A stretch of DNA of 64,000 bases. Origin: Octopus bimaculoides. Taxonomy: Eukaryota. Each line of letters opens with the position of its first letter. The stretch's first letter is position 1. The DNA lies in assembly GCF_001194135.2 (NCBI RefSeq), contig NC_068982.1, forward strand, positions 75,749,534-75,813,533, in the 5' to 3' direction. Both the position numbers and the translations under genes were made by a program. The notes under the pieces are model-generated. The model worked only from the letters and a program-made list of their open reading frames with translations, did not search any database and was not told the DNA's origin. Shown piece by piece: positions 26,422 through 40,700 of the stretch.

Positions 26422-26744
26422 ACCTTACAATCACTTTGACAGTCCAATATCAGGGGAAAAAAACTCAGCATGACATGTGCAGGCATCCCTCGTGTTACAG
26501 CTACCTCAGGGTACAGGAATTTGGCCTTACAGAAATTGTGAAGTAAAACCATTACTTTCGGGATATGGCCTGTAATTTTGCTCTTAAAGAAACTCATATT
26601 GCATAGTTTTAAATTGTTAATGATTTAATATACTTCCTTCTAAGCTCAATGGTCACTTGCATTTTAGTTAAGATAAATATAGTCCATGATTTGAAAAACT
26701 ATCATCAGGCTATACACATGCATGCACATACACACACACACCAT

Positions 26745-27265
26745 CATCATCATTGCTTAACATCCATTTTTCATGGTGGCATGGGTTGGATGGTCTGTTA
26801 GGAGCTGGCCAGCCAAGGAGCCATCCCGACTCCATTTGTTTGTTGCAGCATAGTTTCTACAGCTGGATGCCCTTCCTAATACCAATCACTTTACAGAGTG
26901 TGCTGGGTGCTTTTTACGTGCCACTGGCACAGGTGCGTTTACACAGCACTGGCGCAAGTGCATTTTACATGGTACTGGCACCTGTAAAGGATAAGCCTTT
27001 ATATATGGATGACAATGATTTTACTTGGTTTGACGCATCTTCTCAAGCACAGCAAATCGCCACAACTCCTGATCCCTTGTCATTTCTTCAGTGAGGCCCA
27101 GCATCTGAAGATTCCTTCTCACCACTTTGTCCCACACCTTCTTTGGTCTACCCCTTCCACAGGTTTTCTCCACAATTAGAGCTTGGCACTTCTTTATGTA
27201 GCTATCCTCATCCATATGCATCACATGACTAAATCAGTGCAATTATCTCTTGCACACAACATCTG
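26745..27265 (-). mobile_element. RTE LINE 3' fragment (ORF2 end and tail)
   Basis: MDEDSYIKKCQALIVEKTCGRGRPKKVWDKVVRRNLQMLGLTEEMTRD, followed by the shared tail. Confidence 0.88.
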
Positions 27266-27606
27266 ATGCCTCTTAAACCCAGTTTTCTTAAATCACTTAT
27301 AAATAATGTACATAATGTGAGTACATATACAAACATGTATATGAATATGTCTGTCTGTATATGACCACTACACCACCAACAATACCAGCCCATTGTCACA
27401 ACTAAAGCAATAAAATCCACATCAACCCCCACTACCAACACACCTTTTGAATCCAACTGGCTATAAAAGTTATCAGCATGTGCACCAACACATATGCATA
27501 AGTGTGTGTGTGTGTGTGTGTGTAGTGATATATGTTTATGTCTTAGGTCAGACATGCAAGGGATGAATTGCCAATAAAATCTGGTAATCCTTCAGCTAAC
27601 TGTAAT

Positions 27607-29800
27607 CATAGTACTTTCTCACTCCTTCACTGTTTCATCTCATTTTCATTGTTGCATCAATAGGAATACGGCAATTTTCTACTCTCACAAATCAGATCTT
27701 TCCTGGGCCAATTCCTTTTACTACATATTTGTTGTAGATAATTTATTGCCACTACTGTGGGATTTACCTTTGTTTAAGATGTCTGGAAAGAAGCTATCAA
27801 GTTGATGTAAAGGTGGTAGTGCAAAAACAACTGTAAAGGGCTTACACTGGGTATTAAACTTGATGTTTAAAAAGACTTCATGTGAAAGTAAAACTAAGTT
27901 ATACTGCCAAAACTAAGTTATACTGTTAAATCTTGTAACATCTACAGTGGGAACAATACATGACAACAGACAAGAAATTATATCAATTGCTCAAGAAGCT
28001 ACTCCGTTGACTGTCTGAACCTTATTTTTCCATAGATCTAATATAATGCTTAAAATGGAATGACTTTTGATTGTATGGATCAATGATCAGAATCAGTGTA
28101 ATGAACTGATAAACATGGTGGTAATTCAAAAAAGAGCCAAAAGTTTATATGACAATTTGCAGAAAAAGGAAGGTGAAACTTCTAATAAAAAAACCCTTTT
28201 TGGATGAGATGAAAGGCTTAAGAAGAATGTGAAATTGTACAACATAAAAATGATTGGTGAAGCTGCAAGCTATGACAGAGACTGCTACAAATTATTTTGA
28301 GCAGTTGAAGGAAATGACTGCTGAAGGCAGTTAAACACCAGGGCAAGTATACAACTTTTGTGAAAGTGCATACCTGCTAGAACTTTTATTTCTCAAGAAG
28401 AAAAAAAATCAACATCAAGATTTAAAGCTTCCAAAATTCATCTGACACTTCTTTTGTGAAAAAACGCCAGTAGTGGTATGAAATTAAAGCACCTACCCAT
28501 GTCTCACTCTGAAAATTCAAGGACATTTACAGGTTACACAAAGATTAATCTACCTTTCAAATAAGAAGGAATGAATAACTAAGAACCTTTTCAAAGAGTG
28601 GTTTGTCCTACCATAAAAAGGTACTGTGCCGGACATACTTCCAACAAAGCATTGCTTCTTTTAGACAATGCACTAAACCACCCATCAAACTGAGATGACC
28701 TTTCTGATAATGCAAGAGTAGAACATATACCCAAGAATACAACTTCTTTTTCAATGGATGAAAGTGTGACAGCTAACTTCAAGGCATATCATATGAGAAC
28801 TTTTAAATAACTTATAAAAGCAACTGACAGGGAAGATGAACCTACAGCTGGAGATTTCTGGAAGAAATTCAACATAGTAGATGCTGTGAATAATATAGTC
28901 AAGTCATGGAATAAAGTAAAAACTTAACTCTGAATCGTGCTTGGGAAAATATATGGCCAGACTGTATCAGTAACATTACAAGTTTTCCTCAAACAGAAAG
29001 TCTACATCAAATTCAGAACGGTATAGAGACACATGCAAATGATGTTGGATTTGAAGATGTCATAGAAGATATGATTGAGTCGATAGCACCCTAGAGAGAA
29101 AGTTTGTCTAATGAGGAGCTGATGCTGTTAGAAAAAGAACAAGCTGAAAATATAGATGAGACAATGGAAGTTCCAACTACACCACTTAAATTGACTACAA
29201 AAATTATTGCTAATGGACTGGCACTTATAGAGGAAAATCTGCAGGTTTTTGCTGATAATGATCCTAATCGTGAATGTAATATAAAAATTACAAGGAGTTT
29301 ACAATGAGCTCAGTTCCTATACTGAGCTGTACAAAGAGATGTGTCATAAACGACTTTGGATAAGATCTTGCTCTTCACCCCTCAAGATGATGATAATGAA
29401 TTATAAGACAATAAATATTGTACAATAGTAAATATTGTCCCTCATCCTCCTGCTAATGCTCATTCCACCACCACTCCTCACACATCTTTTGTATTAAGAA
29501 TGTACTCTTACAAGATAATTTTTATTAACTCCCTAATGTATTCCTTGTGAAATAGTTTTGTGTTTTTATCTATATTGTACTGTGTATGTTTAGAAATAGT
29601 TATTTTCATGTACAAAAGTGATTGTGTAACTTGTTCTCTGTTGTTTTCTTGTGGTCCCCCCGCCCCAAAAAGTCTGTAGGAATGCATTCTCACTTGATAA
29701 TATGAAAATCAATAGGAAAATTAATTTTGCATTACATAATTTCAAGTTACAGCCAAATTTTCAGGAATACATTACTTCTGTAAAGTGAGAGATTCCTGTA
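27607..29800 (+). mobile_element. Tigger/pogo-family (TIGD-like) DNA transposon remnant
   Basis: Pieces LYNIKMIGEAAS, NKALLLLDNALNHPSN, NFKAYHMRTF, DFWKKFNIVDAVNNIVKSWNKVK; right end taaagtgagagattcctg+TA; left TIR only weakly recognisable. Confidence 0.85.
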
Positions 29801-29820
29801 TCTGTATGTATGTGTGTATG

Positions 29821-29845
<25 letters not shown>

Positions 29846-29852
<7 letters not shown>

Positions 29853-30175
29853 CAGGTATGACTGTGTGGTTAAGAAGCTCAATTTGCATCCACATGGCAC
29901 CTTGGGAAAGTATCTTTTACTTTAGACCTGGGCCTTGTGAGTGAATTTGGTATATGGAAACTGTGTAGAAGCCTTGAGTGTGTTTCCCCTTAGTTGGTTT
30001 GTTCACATCCCTGCAACTTAGTGGGTCAGCAAACGAGACCAATAGAATAAGTACCAGACTTAATTATTAAGTACTGGGGTGATTTGTTCAACCAAACCTT
30101 TCAAGGCAGTGCATCAGCATGGCTCTAGCCCAATGACTGGAAGAAGTAAATGATAAAGGAAATATATAAAATAAA
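29846..30175 (+). mobile_element. S1-type tRNA head with a different 3' domain (taagtactggggt...caaggcagtg...cagcatggc); related copies 37570-37955 (-) and 58815-59190 (+)
   Basis: Shared head and shared tail blocks among the three copies. Confidence 0.65.
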
Positions 30176-30284
30176 GAACATACTCTTTTTTTCCCAGATT
30201 GCTATGATTTGAACAAGATCATGCTATCACATAGATCAAACTGTTTTCTTTATCTATATTAAGATTCCTACAAGATGGTGAACT

Positions 30285-30490
30285 TGTAGAATTGTTAGCA
30301 TGTCAGGTAAAATGCTTAGTGGCATTCCATCTAGCTTTACATTCTGCGTTCAAATTCTACTAAGGTCGACTTTGTCTTTCATTCTTTTGAGGTCCATAAA
30401 ATAAGTACCAATCAAGCACTGGGACAAATGTAATCAACTAGTCCTTCCCTTGAAAATTTCTGGCCTTGTACCAAAATTTGAAACATTTAT
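30285..30490 (+). mobile_element. Single S2 SINE copy
   Basis: gaattgttagcatgtcagg...ttcaaattc...gtcgactttg.ctttcatt...ataagtacca. Confidence 0.8.
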
Positions 30491-30509
30491 TAATATTCCT
30501 GCAGAGCCT

Positions 30510-31704
30510 TAGTTCTTCAGGTTATGTTGAACCACACTTAGCCTCAAATATTCTGCAACATATCTGATCTCATTGTCTTTTATATTGAAAGTGGACACAA
30601 GTTTACAATGGCAAATCACTGATTCACTGTATTCGGTACTGAGAATGACAAAGTAGGCCGTTGAAGTGTTGCTTATTTGAACAAATTTGTGTTGATATGG
30701 ATTCCCAGCACAAACGCTTACTTTTACACACAAAAGTTAGATGGCTCTCAAAAGGTATGATGTTATGTTGCATACTTGAACTCCAGAAGGAATTGCATGC
30801 AATTTTTAAAGAAGAAAAACAAGAACGCTTCTTGGAATATCTACAATGTGAATTTTGGGTTTCCAAGCTGGAATATTCAACAGAGATATTTGCACAACTT
30901 AGTAGTGTCAACACAAGTATGCAAGGTAGAAATGAAAACATTCTCACTTCAACATAAGCTGGTTTCATTTAAAAAGAAAGTTGCAATTTGGAGAAATAGA
31001 GCTGAAGGTGGTAACTTCAAAATGTTTTCCTTAATATGTAAAAGCTTTATAAAGAAAACGATTCCTATTGTATTTGAACATTTGACAAATCTGGAAGAAA
31101 AAATAAACTTTTATTTTCCGTCATTGAACACAGAAGAGTATGATTGGGTTCAGAATCCCTTCATAAAAATTCCATCTAATAATGGTCAGAAAATATGTGA
31201 AGAGGAATTGGCATCTATATCCAGTGATTGCAGACTTAAAAATCAAGTATGTTGAGTTAACTATTGATATATTTTGGATTGCTATTATAGGGGGATACCT
31301 GTCAGTAGCAAAAAAAGCCGTATCCGTTTCAATGCAATTTTTCACATCATATTTATGTGAGTCGGGATTTTCAACCCTCAATAACATCAAATTCCTCCAA
31401 AAAGAGAGGCTCTGTTGCATTGAAGAAATGAGGGTTTGTCTTTCTCACATATGTCCCAATATTGAAAATGTTTCCAAAAAACATCAAGCACATGTTTCTC
31501 ATTGATAACTTTGTTTCATATATAGAATGAAGAGCAAGCACAAGCAGTTTTTCTGTATTTTTAATTATCTATATATTACTTAATTGTTTATGCTAATATG
31601 TATAAAACCCCTTTTGAATAAATTTAAGAATTTATGTACAAAGTGCACCAAAATATTTTGATTTCTTTTAAGGTGTGCCATGAGTAAAAGTTTGGGAACC
31701 ACTG
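30510..31704 (+). mobile_element. 5'-truncated hAT (Charlie/Buster, ZBED5/SCAND3-like) transposase remnant with right TIR
   Basis: LLLHTKVRWLSKG, WVQNPF, FFTSYLCESGFSTL, HQAHVSH; right terminus gtttgggaaccactg at 31690-31704. Confidence 0.9.
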
Positions 31705-32064
31705 GCCTAGGCAAATACCAAACTTGTACAGGATTATATTTTTAAAGTGAGAAAGCACCGTGTGCACATCAGATAGTCTCACTTGCTCACAATATGCCCA
31801 GTGGCGAGATGAAGTCAAGACAACTAAGCTTGTATGAGAATGCAGGAGATTGCCAAAATTACTTAAAGAATCTTTAGACATTGCAACATCATCTACATTG
31901 GTATGTGTCAAGGCTATAAAACATCATTCTAGATGTTTGCCCAACATCACGGATTGTAAGTATGACAGTATATTGCTGCCTGCACCAGTTCCCCCCCCCC
32001 CCCGTTGGTATACTGTGTCATTTTCAAAGCTGTGAAGATGCAAGTTACTTGTTTCTTTGGGACC

Positions 32065-33012
32065 TAATTTGAATGAAATACAGACATGCCACTAACAATG
32101 TGGGCTATGAGTGCTGAGGACATGCATAGGCTTGAAAGAAATGAAGCTAGTATGATTTGCAGGATGTGTAATGTCAGTGTGCATGCACAACAGAGTGTGA
32201 GCACTCTGAGAGAAAAGTTGGACATAATAAGCATCATCAAATGTAGTGTGCAAGAGAGACAACTGCGCTGGTATGATCATGTGTTACTTATGGATGAGGA
32301 CAGCTGTGTGAAGAAGTGCCACACCCAAACTGTGGAAGGAACCTGTAGAAGAGGTAGACCCAGGAAGACATGGAGTGAAGTGGTAAAGCATGACCTTCGA
32401 ACATTGGGCCTCACAGAGGCAACAACAGGAGACAAAGACCTTTGGAGGTATGCTATGATTGAGAAGACCTGGCAACTAAAGTGAGACTGCAGCCATGGCC
32501 GATACCAGTGTTGCATGTCCAGCCCATTTAAAAGTACTCTTGATGCATCAGGCGATATGATATGCTTGAGGAGACCTGTCGAGTCAAGTAAAACCAAAAT
32601 CGTAGCTGTGGCCAGTGACCCCTGACTGGCTCCCGTGCTGGTGGCATGTAAAATGCACCATCTGAATGTGGTCAATGCCATGACCACCTGATTGGCTCCC
32701 ATGCTGGTAGCACATAAAAAGCACCATCCGAACGTGGCCGATGCCAGTGCTCCCTGACCAGCTCCCATACCAGTGGCACATAAAAAGCACTATCCAAATG
32801 TGATAACCACCTGACTGGCTCCTGTGCCAGTGACACGTAAAAATCACCCACTACACTCTCGGAGTGGTTGGCGTTAGGAAGGGCATCCAGCTGTAGAAAC
32901 ATTGCCAGATCAGATTGGAGCCTGGTGCAGCTGCTGGCTTTCCAGACCTCAGTCAAACTGTCCAACCCATGCCAGCATGGAAAACCCACGTTAAACAATG
33001 ATGATGATGATG
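32065..33012 (+). mobile_element. RTE LINE 3' end: ORF2 C-terminus and 3' UTR with ~60-70-bp tandem repeats and (TGA)n tail
   Basis: MHRLERNEASMICRMCNV...QERQLRWYDHV...GRPRKTWSEVVKHDLRTLGL; about four units of ctgactggctccc.tgc.ggtggca..taaaa.gcacc at ~32615-32850. Confidence 0.92.
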
Positions 33013-35220
33013 ATATATACACACACACACACATTATAGGACAGTCACTGACTTCCCTGAGCTTAACTGCTTTTTGAAAGGTCTTATTTTTTATCCAGCA
33101 GAGTGTCCAAAGTCATCTTCTCACCAAGCAAGCTTGATAGGATTGCCAGTTTAGTCGCTGACAAACCTGATCATGCAACAGTTTATACTGAGTAACATGT
33201 TATCATTAGTGCTCACAAGGGGCCTGACATATGCATACTTGTAAATACCACAAATACAGACAAATCATTAGCATTACTTTATATCAACATTCTATGCTGA
33301 CATGGGTTTGACAAAATGCAAGTGATTGGGGGATGTCTTCCTCCAAAGTGTCATTTTTAGCATAATTTCTAGAGCTGAATGCCCTTTGTAACACCACCCA
33401 CTCTGCAGAGTGCTTTTTTATGACACCAGCACTGTTAGAGTTGCCTCGCAGTTTGTAAAGCAAAAGAGAGCACCTCATGATGGAAGGAAAAAATTTATTG
33501 TGAGAGGATGATAATGTAGAGAATAACAGAGGCAACAGTATTAGGGGGGAAGTAGAGAGGGGGGAATGTAATGTCAGGGCTTAGTCTGAAGGAGATGGAT
33601 AGGAAGTAGTAATGGAGAGAGTTAAGTAGGCAAACCCCATAACGGGATGGGTCAGCCGGTTTGGGTTGGATGATTTGTTAGAATCCAAGACCTGAGTAGG
33701 AGGTGCAGTGCTACCCCATGTTATATATGGATGGGTAGAATGTGGTGGAGGAGAATTAGATTAGATGATAATGAGGATATATGAAGGTAACACATCCAAG
33801 AGAGCATGATGACAGGAGAGCCACAGAGGGTAGGTAAAGGTTGCCAGCATGCAATTCCTTCCAACTCAATCATCATTATTCATGAGGAAGGTGTGGTAGA
33901 AGGATATAAGGGATGGAGGCATGGGGAAGAGAGATGCTCAATATGCACAAATCAAGTATTTCCCTCTTAGTTATGTCATGGCATGGTGAGTAGAGAAAAT
34001 GAGAAGATACAGAAAAGGCACAATGGTTAGGATATGCACACATATATAAAACAAACACATATATGAATACTTGTGCATGCACAGACATTATATATACATA
34101 TGAATGTAGGTATGTGTATACCTTTGTCAAGACATCACACGCTGATTGTAAATGAGCATCATTGTCATACAAGCAAGGTTGTTCATTTTCGGTCTTCAGT
34201 GAAGAACATGCCCGGCTATGGGAAAACTACCTTGCTTGGAAACAGGAGAGGGCTGGCAATAAAAATGGCAAGCATCCGTAGAAATCTGCCTCAACAAACT
34301 CTGTCAGACTCATGCAAACATGGAAAAGTGGACATTAAATGATGATATATATGAACACACAAAACAAAACATGTACTTAACCATGTAGTCATAAAACAAT
34401 ATATATGAAACTGGGTGATAGCGATTTGTTTTTCAATCTCAGCTTAAACCATTGTTCCACATGCTTGTGTACCATAATGATGAAGCATTCTTCTTTTGCC
34501 CGGTATTTTGCTGTTCACTGTTAAAGTTTCCGTTTTATCAAGTCTAATGACAGCCAACTAGATTTCACCATAAACCATTACGCAAAATTTTTCATAAGCT
34601 ATTCTATATTCAAATAAACACCATCACTTTTGACAGGTACTAAACTAGAAGATAATATAAAATATCATTGCAGTTAATGGTCTTTTACACATAGGCTGGA
34701 CAAAATCTCAGTTACATTTATATACTTGTTGTACATAAAATATCCATTAATTGAAATAATAAATTTCATTATACATCTGCATACTGACTACTAGTGCTGC
34801 TCATATAATCTTTGTATTCCTAAATATTGAATATAGCCAAATGTCTGATGCTTGGTAAGTTTCTATCTATAATGGATTGACAGACTGAAAGAATGTTGAA
34901 CACTAAACAGTGAAGCTGGACACTGTTTTACCCAGAGGAGGCAACAATGGTTCAGATAAGGTGTTAAGTTAAACTACTTCAAGAAAAGGTAAATTTAACT
35001 CAAAGATGAACACTACAATAAGATGGAAATATTGGTTGAATTTAACATGGCAATATACCTTAAAAGATAAGGAACAACTTAAACATATTACGTAGATAAG
35101 TGATATATATTCTTGTTCAACTTGGAAATCACTGTTTATTATAAAGAAGGAAAGTAGATGTTAATACAAAAAGATTATGCTGCTTGTTTATTTGTTGCTC
35201 ATATTACTAAACAAACTTAT

Positions 35221-37047
35221 TTAACCATTTAGTGTTTAGACTGGCCATAACCAGCCAAAAATTATGCCCTTTTATTTGTTTGAACTGGCCAAATCCAACC
35301 ATATCTGATTTCTCTATGAAATCACTTAAAAAATTAATCACATTATTGAATTCTTGTAGCTTTGAGATAATGAGAGATAAGCCTTTCCTGCCTTTATTCA
35401 AGTAAAAATATGGTGAAATTTTTGAGACTTTTTTTTCTTTTTTCTTTTTTCAATATTTGAAAAGAAGTATATATCTTACTTTTTAACAATATGGTGTCAA
35501 CAAGTAGCAATTCCGACTTCAAAGGTTTTACTCTTGATGATGTACAAAATATAAATGAAAACAACAGTGATTTGTCTTAAGACAAATCATACTGACATTT
35601 ATGAATCTTCGTCGGATGAGGAAGATTTTGATAACGGAAGTGATAAAAATGATATTGTAAACATTCTGGCAACATGGTTGAAGATTACTATATCAACCAG
35701 AATTCCAGATTTCACAGAAAGACTAGTTCACAATACAGTCTACCTCCTGATGCTCAACCACTGGACTATTTATTTTTATTGAAAAGTTTTTTTGAAACCG
35801 TCAAGAAGGAAACAAATGTTCAATGCATAATTTCTATTCGTGAAAGACCCAATCCACTATGTCAGCTAACTGATACTGCAGAATTGCGAGCTTCTTTTAC
35901 TATAAATATTATGCTTGGTACTAAGCAGCTTCCTCAACTGTGGAACTGCTGAAATCCTGATATAAAGTATGGTGATCCATATATCTCCAGCATGTCTAAC
36001 TATAATTAATTTATGTATTGTTTATGTAAAAAGCCATAAGGTACCTCTGCCACCAAAGGACTGCGGCCATTTGAAATTTCAGGTTGACATTGAAAATCAG
36101 TAACATGAGTGCTTTTCTTCTAGAAAGCACAGAATGGAGGGAAAAGCAAAATTAACTGAGGTGGATGTCAAAAGAGAAAATATTGATTTCTGTAAAGCAG
36201 AAAAAATAAATGGAAGGAAAAAGTTTGCAGACTGTGTTTGCTGCAAAACAGAAAAACTGCAAAAGGATATCGGGTTGAAACCTCATATATGTGTTCATTT
36301 TGCAAAGTGCTCTTGTGTAAAGGATGCTTTGAACAGTTTTATGATAGAAATATGGCACACAACTATATTTTGTTGTTTGACAGTAATACTATCATATATT
36401 CCTTTCATTTTATTACAAATAATATGTGAAAGTGATAAATGCATATTAATTTTCAGTATGTTACACACTGTATTTACCTTTACCTCACCTGTTAATGAGC
36501 TTTTTTTTATTAGATACATTGTGTGATGTAAATGTATTCATTAAATTGTATAAGAGTACATAGCCAATGGTATATTGACTAGTAAATGAGTTCTGTACTT
36601 TATTTTTAATAATTATGCTTGAATGAAATATAGAGAAAGAAAAAAATCTTGTACCGATTATACCTGTATTTTAATTCAAATTAATGTACCTCATCTTGAA
36701 AAGTTGCATGATTGTTGGCAGTTGACATCTGGGGTAATTTTACTAACAAATTAAACAGGTAAGATGCATTAAGGATTTCAGTTTAGTGTTTATCCATAAG
36801 GTTGTTGCTTTTACACCTGTTAATTAAATTTACCTGCCCATAAAAGTCAAATTTAATCAGCAAGATCAGCTAAAATTACATAACTATAAACCACTGGTAT
36901 ATAAACACCCACTGACAAAATTTCAAATCTCTATGTAAAAAGTTTAAGTTACAAGCAAATATTGTGAACCTCTTGAACCTGAATAATTCAAAATAATGTG
37001 AACAAATAAGCATTACATTTGAGATTATCTGAACACTAAAAGGTTAA
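35221..37047 (+). mobile_element. Internally deleted piggyBac (PGBD4-like) element with TTAA ends
   Basis: TTAA at 35221 and 37044; acidic N-terminus ESSSDEEDFD, PPDAQPLDY...ELRASFTINIMLGTKQLPQL, then C-terminal Cys-rich domain KVCRLCLLQNRKTAKGYRVETSYMCSFCKVLLCKGCF; the catalytic core is not visible. Confidence 0.85.
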
Positions 37048-40000
37048 GGTATAATTGTCACATCTCAATGTCTTTTCAAACTGTCCTTAAATATATGTTC
37101 TTATGGCAAAACATCTATGACTGAGTTTAAATCTCACCATGGTTGACACTGACTTTATCCACCCTAGAGTAAACAAATCATTAATCAGTATTGAAGTTCA
37201 CTGCTATCAAAATGTTTAGCATTTTTTAAAAACTTGTGAGGTTTAAAGGAGCAGAGTCTAATTAGCTTTGAAGGCCCTCAAATATCAATGAGATTGATGC
37301 CAGACATATAAGCAAGATAATTCCAGATAGCCAATGTTCTGGGGAAGGGCTGGACATAGTGATTAGTGTGAGACCTGGTGAGAGGGGGGGGGGTAAATAA
37401 AACAAGGGTGACAGGAGAAGAGAGGAGTAAGATGAGAATGCCTGAATGGAGGCAGCATGAGCCAAACCAGTTCCAAAGAGCTAATATTGGAAATCAATTT
37501 TATTATCACTAGTCCATTGAAGTCAAGGCAGTTGTACACTAGCTGTTTTATATTATTAAATTTAGAATCTTTTATCTTGTTTCAGTCATTGACTGCAACC
37601 AAGCTAGGGCACTGCTTTAAAGGGTTTAGTTGAATAAATTCACCCCTAGTATTTATTCAAGTTTGGTACTCGTTCTGTTTGATCTCTTTTGTTGATTTAT
37701 AAAACAAGCCTAGGCCAGCCATCAAACACTGGTGGGAGACAAAAGCAAACCAAAACAAGCACACACATATGCATGCATGCATGCATGCATGCACACACAC
37801 ACACACACACACAATGAGTTTTCAGAGTTTCTCTCTACCAAATTCACTCACAAGGCATTATCTGGTCTAGATGACATTTGCCCAGGGTACCGTGCAGTTG
37901 GACAGGACTGAACCTTGAACCATGTGGTTGCTAAGTGAGCTTCTTAACCACGTGACATTTTTTTAATTTTAACTAGAACTGTTGAAGTCAATATCCAAGA
38001 ACTTCAACTCCAGCTCATCATTTCATGGTACTACCTCTATTTGTAATTAGAATAATAATTTATTGAAAACACAACATAGGTAATTTTGTGTTGAATTTTT
38101 TTGATGTTATTGAAGAAGTTAAGAAAGAATAAGTAGTAAATGAAGCTTAAAATTTTTTTTAAAAAAGGTTGTTTTTATCAAAGGATATAAAAGAAATAAA
38201 TAATAAAAATACTGTAGAAGAAAATCAAGAATACCTTTCTTTACTAAATCCAAAGTATATCAAAATTAAAACAAAGACTGAAAATCTAAAACAAATGAAA
38301 AAATGACCATTCAATTAGACACACATTTTATTTTCAATTTTAAAGCATTATTTGAATATAAAATTTAAGTGAATGTAACATGAAAGAGTCCATTAAATGA
38401 ATTAAAAAATTATTCTATTGTAAAATACTGGGAAGCTTTTCCAGAAAAAAATATTATAGAAATACAGCTATGGGTAGTGGGGTTAAAATAGAAATCCAAA
38501 TCCCAAATTTACTAACAACTTGTTTTCAGAAAAAAAACTGTTTGTACCAGACTTTCATTCAGTAAAGACATAGACATGAAATGTTTTGATTTCTTTTTTT
38601 AAGTGGGGAGAGGGGGGGGGGGTAGAGTCAAATCAGTATCTATGAAGTTGGAAATTTTAATATCATATAATTTAATAGTTAAAGTTGGTACATTATCAAC
38701 TCCAACACCAGTAACCTAATATTTGTTTTTGACTAACACCACCTGTTTCAAATCCTGCTGAGTCTACCATTAATGACGAAGAGCTCATTAAGCAAAATAG
38801 AATTTATATAATGAGTCAAATTTATCTATTATATAATACCCAAATGTTACATAAGAAATTAATATTACAGAACAATATTCATATCAAAAGCATTCTTGAA
38901 ACAAAGTCTTCAGAATATCAGACATGATTCAAAATTAAAATATAGGAACAACAATAATTACCTACCCACAATTAGACTATTGAGAATGAGCAGACAAAAG
39001 TTTGTGTATATATCATCATCCTTTAATGTCCGTTTATACACACACACACACACATAAATAAATAATAGATCTTAAAAATAAATGAAACATTTGGAAATAT
39101 TCAGTGAAATTGTGTGTCTTCCTTCATAATGTATCGTATGGTAAAGGAAACACAGCCAACTGTCTAACCACTACCACTAATGCAACCAACCTCTAAGGAG
39201 TTTCGGAAATTTGTAATCTACTTTTTTTTTTATTTCTTTATTTATTATAAATAAACTTCCATAGTCTTGTCACTCAACAGAAGACACATAATTAACTATA
39301 TCAACTGGAGGCATTCAGATGAAAAAGTAAACTTATTTCAGCTCTGATAATTGGTATGCAAGATTTTTATGTGATAAAAATACCTGTCTGCCAACAGTTG
39401 TTATACAAATGATATTTGAAGCAGATAAGTTTTTCCCATCATTTAATGAACAACACATTCTGGAAGCAAGAGAACAGGTTCAGTTTTAGTTTACAGCAAG
39501 AAATTTCATGTCAGTCCTGTTAGCTACAGTAACATCAAAACAAGAAACTATGAATTTTATTGAAGAAAATTGTTTATTTACAGAAGGTTTGACAGTCTTG
39601 TTTCAGAGCATAAATCTTTATTGGAATGAAAAGCAATGCTAACATAGGAAATATTTCAACAGACAAATTTATCACTGGCAAGTATCAGTTCTTATGTTCT
39701 TATATTTGTAATCCAACCACTTTCAACCCACAAATTCTTAACTTATGTGAACTTTTAAATTGCAAAACGATTTTGTTACACTGATAAAAAAAAATTTGAA
39801 AAAATTTATTCATGAGTGCATGGAGAACAATGTGAATCCAACAATAATGTATCTATTCATTCTTAATATGTTCCGGCAGATTTGAATATGAATATCTGAT
39901 TGATGTTGTTGATGATCATTGAAGAATGCTTTTCCATTTAGATGCTGTGCATTCACAGCTCGATTCACTGATATAGCAAATTGCATGTATTATAAATGCA

Positions 40001-40613
40001 CATTGTCAAAAGGAACAAGCTTTGATGATGGTAAACAACAGCCATCAGATATTTACATTTGAATCTTCATTCACAAGGCTTAGGTTGGCCCCAAGTTGTA
40101 GCAGAAGATACTTGCCCAAGTGGGACTGAACCTGAAACTATGTGGTTGGGAAGTAAACTTCTGAACACATTCACACTTACACCTAGATACATTGCTCAAA
40201 AGATTTTCAGTTTTAAGTATAATTTTGATACTTCCAGAAATACATCTATTTACCTTAATCTAAGTAGCTTTTTTATATTTTTTAACACTAATCATGTAAT
40301 TGTAGAATGTTACCTTCCATCATAGTACACTGCCACTTAAAATGTTAGCCCCACCCAAACAGTAAGACTCAGCATCATTTCATGGCACACCTACATACAC
40401 TTCTGATTGTTATCTCCAATCCACTTTATGCTGTCACACCCTTACCAGCCTATTTAAGTGACTGCATTTATTTACTACTTAAAAATAAGAATCTAACTTT
40501 ATCTACCAATCTGATACAAAGGAACAAAATGCCCAGGCTGATATCAGTATAATCAACCAATTTGAATGGAAACAAAACATAATTCTAATACACTATGCTC
40601 TGACTTCATTATT

Positions 40614-40700
40614 TACAGTATTTATTCATGTATAATATATATATTTTTCCCCAGATTTTTAAATATAGGCGTGTGCACTGTACATGTAAACTAAATGATA
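40614..40700. mobile_element. Possible ~90-bp pogo-type MITE
   Basis: tacagtatttattcatgtataa ... gtgtgcactgtacatgtaaactaaatgata resembles degenerate pogo TIRs. Confidence 0.35.

Noticed and set aside
32615-32850. Regularly spaced repeats that look CRISPR-like (also 53540-53720, 60040-60320)
   Set aside because: Whole units are homologous with no unique spacers, they lie in an RTE 3' UTR, the host is eukaryotic and no cas genes are present.
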